Assembly (NCBI GenBank): GCA_964016885.1
Contig: OZ024741.1
Coordinates: 359,414,001 to 359,478,000, forward strand
DNA from: Eledone cirrhosa
Lineage: Eukaryota
Length of the DNA: 64,000 nucleotides
Direction: 5' to 3'
Positions 61,876 through 64,000 of this stretch are shown piece after piece; position 1 is the stretch's first letter; each line of letters begins with the position of its first letter. The translations under genes and the position numbers were made by a program. Under the pieces are notes generated by a model. That model saw only the letters and a program-made list of their open reading frames with translations, did not search any database and was not told the origin of the DNA.

Positions 61876-63992
61876 ACCATCTGATGACACACCATGTGAT
61901 GACACCCATGTGATGACACATCATCTGATGACACACCATGTGATGACACCCATGTGATGACACATCATCTGATGACACACCATCTGATGACACACCATCT
62001 GATGACACATCATGTGATGACACCCATGTGATGACACACCATGTGATGACACATCATCTGATGACACGCCATGTGATGACATACCATCTGATGACACACC
62101 ATCTGATGACAAACCATCTGATGAAACCCATCTGATGACACACCATGTGATGACACACCATCTGATGACACACCATGTGATGACACACCATGTGATGACA
62201 TACCATCTGATGACACACAATATGATGACACACCATCTGATGACAAACCATCTGATGAAACCCATCTGATGACACACCATGTGATGACACACCATGTGAT
62301 GACACACCATCTGATGACAAACCATCTGATGACACACCATGTGATGACACACCATGTGATGACACACCATGTGATGACATACCATCTGATGACACACCAT
62401 CTGATGACACACCATCTGATGACAAACCATGTGATGACACACCATCTGATGACAAACCATCTGATGAAACCCATCTGATGACACACCATGTGATGACACA
62501 CCATGTGATGACACACCATCTGATGACACATCATCTGATGACACACCATGTGATGACACACCATCTGATGACACACCATCTGATGACACACCATGTGATG
62601 ACACACCATCTGATGACAAACCATCTGATGAAACCCATCTGATGAAACCCATCTGATGACACACCATGTGATGACACACCATGTGATGACACACCATCTG
62701 ATGACACATCATCTGATGACACACCATGTGATGACATACCATGTGATGACACACCATCTGATGACAAACCATCTGATGAAACCCATCTGATGACACGCCA
62801 TCTGATGACACACCATGTGATGACACACCATCTGATGACAAACCATCTGATGAAACCCATCTGATGACACACCATCTGATGACACACCATGTGATGACAC
62901 ACCATCTGATGACAAACCATCTGATGAAACTTATCTGATGACACACCATGTGATGACACCCATGTGATGACACACCATGTGATGACACATCATCTGATGA
63001 CACACAATATGATGACACACCATGATCTGATGACACACCATGTGATGACACACCATGTGATGACACATCATCTGATGACACATCATCTGATGACACACAC
63101 CATGTGATGATACACCATGTGATGACACACCATCTGATGACACACACCATGTGATGACACAACATGTTATGACACACCATGTGATGACACACACCATGTG
63201 ATGACACACAATATGATGACGCACCATGATCTGATGACACACCATGTGATAACACACCATCATCTGATGACACACCATGTGATGACGCACCATCTGATGA
63301 CACACCATCTGATGACACACCATGTGATGACACCATCTGATGACACACCATGTGATGACACACCATCATCTGATGACACACCATCATCTGATGACACACC
63401 ATGTGATGACACACCATCTAATGACACACCATGTGATGACACACCATGTGATGACATACCATGTGCTGACACATCATCTGATGACACACCATGTGATGAC
63501 ACACCATCTGATGACACACCATCTGATGACACACCATGTGATGACACCATTATTTGATGACACACCATGTGATGACACACCATCTGATGACACACCATCT
63601 GATGACACCATGTGATGACACACCATCTTATAACACACCATCATCTGATGACACACCATGTGATGACACACCATCTGATGATACACCATGTGATGACACA
63701 CCATCTGATGACACCATGTGATGACACACCATGTGATGACACACCATCTGATAACACACCATCATCTGATGACACACCATGTGATGACACACCATGAGAT
63801 GACACACCATGTGATGACACCCATGTGATGACACACCAGGTGATGACATACCATGTGATGACACACCATCTGATGACACCATGTGATGACACACCATCTT
63901 ATAACACACCATCATCTGATGACACACCATGTGATGACACACCATCTGATGATACACCATGTGATGACACACCAATCTGATGATGCACCATC
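61876..63992. repeat. ~15-bp satellite (CCAT[C/G]TGATGACACA)n
   Basis: More than 2 kb of tandem units with 13-18-bp length variants. Confidence 0.97.
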
Positions 63993-64000
63993 TTTTGAGA

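Noticed and set aside
61921-63975. MVCHQ / DDTPS / MTHH repeat ORFs
   Set aside because: Open in several frames and both strands with frequent frame-changing unit-length variants; no unique flanking coding sequence. The CTGATGA units lack the rest of a hammerhead or snoRNA.

Overview
AT-rich, microsatellite-laden eukaryotic DNA. The repeat content (RTE LINEs with (GAT)n tails, tRNA-type SINEs, Penelope-like elements in (TA)n) suggests an invertebrate, plausibly a cephalopod; this is inference only. Two host genes are supportable. One is a three-exon ATF3/Fos-family bZIP gene (14566-19150, +) that the ORF track splits up; its last exon carries about 40 tandem 11-aa repeats. The other is an intronless RDH11-14-like short-chain dehydrogenase (34041-34988, -). 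The rest is mobile DNA: a near-intact Naiad-type Penelope-like element (RT + GIY-YIG) bracketed by ~1.8-kb inverted arms that each contain a hammerhead ribozyme fold, several more hammerhead motifs in small (TA)n-flanked remnants, three near-identical RTE LINE copies, a multi-level nest of Gypsy and non-autonomous LTR elements (35316-51493), piggyBac-, Tc1/mariner- and Merlin-like MITEs, Helitron and CRE-like fragments, an A-B-A'-B' inverted duplication and a 15-bp satellite. All calls come from reading the sequence by eye; no searches were run.
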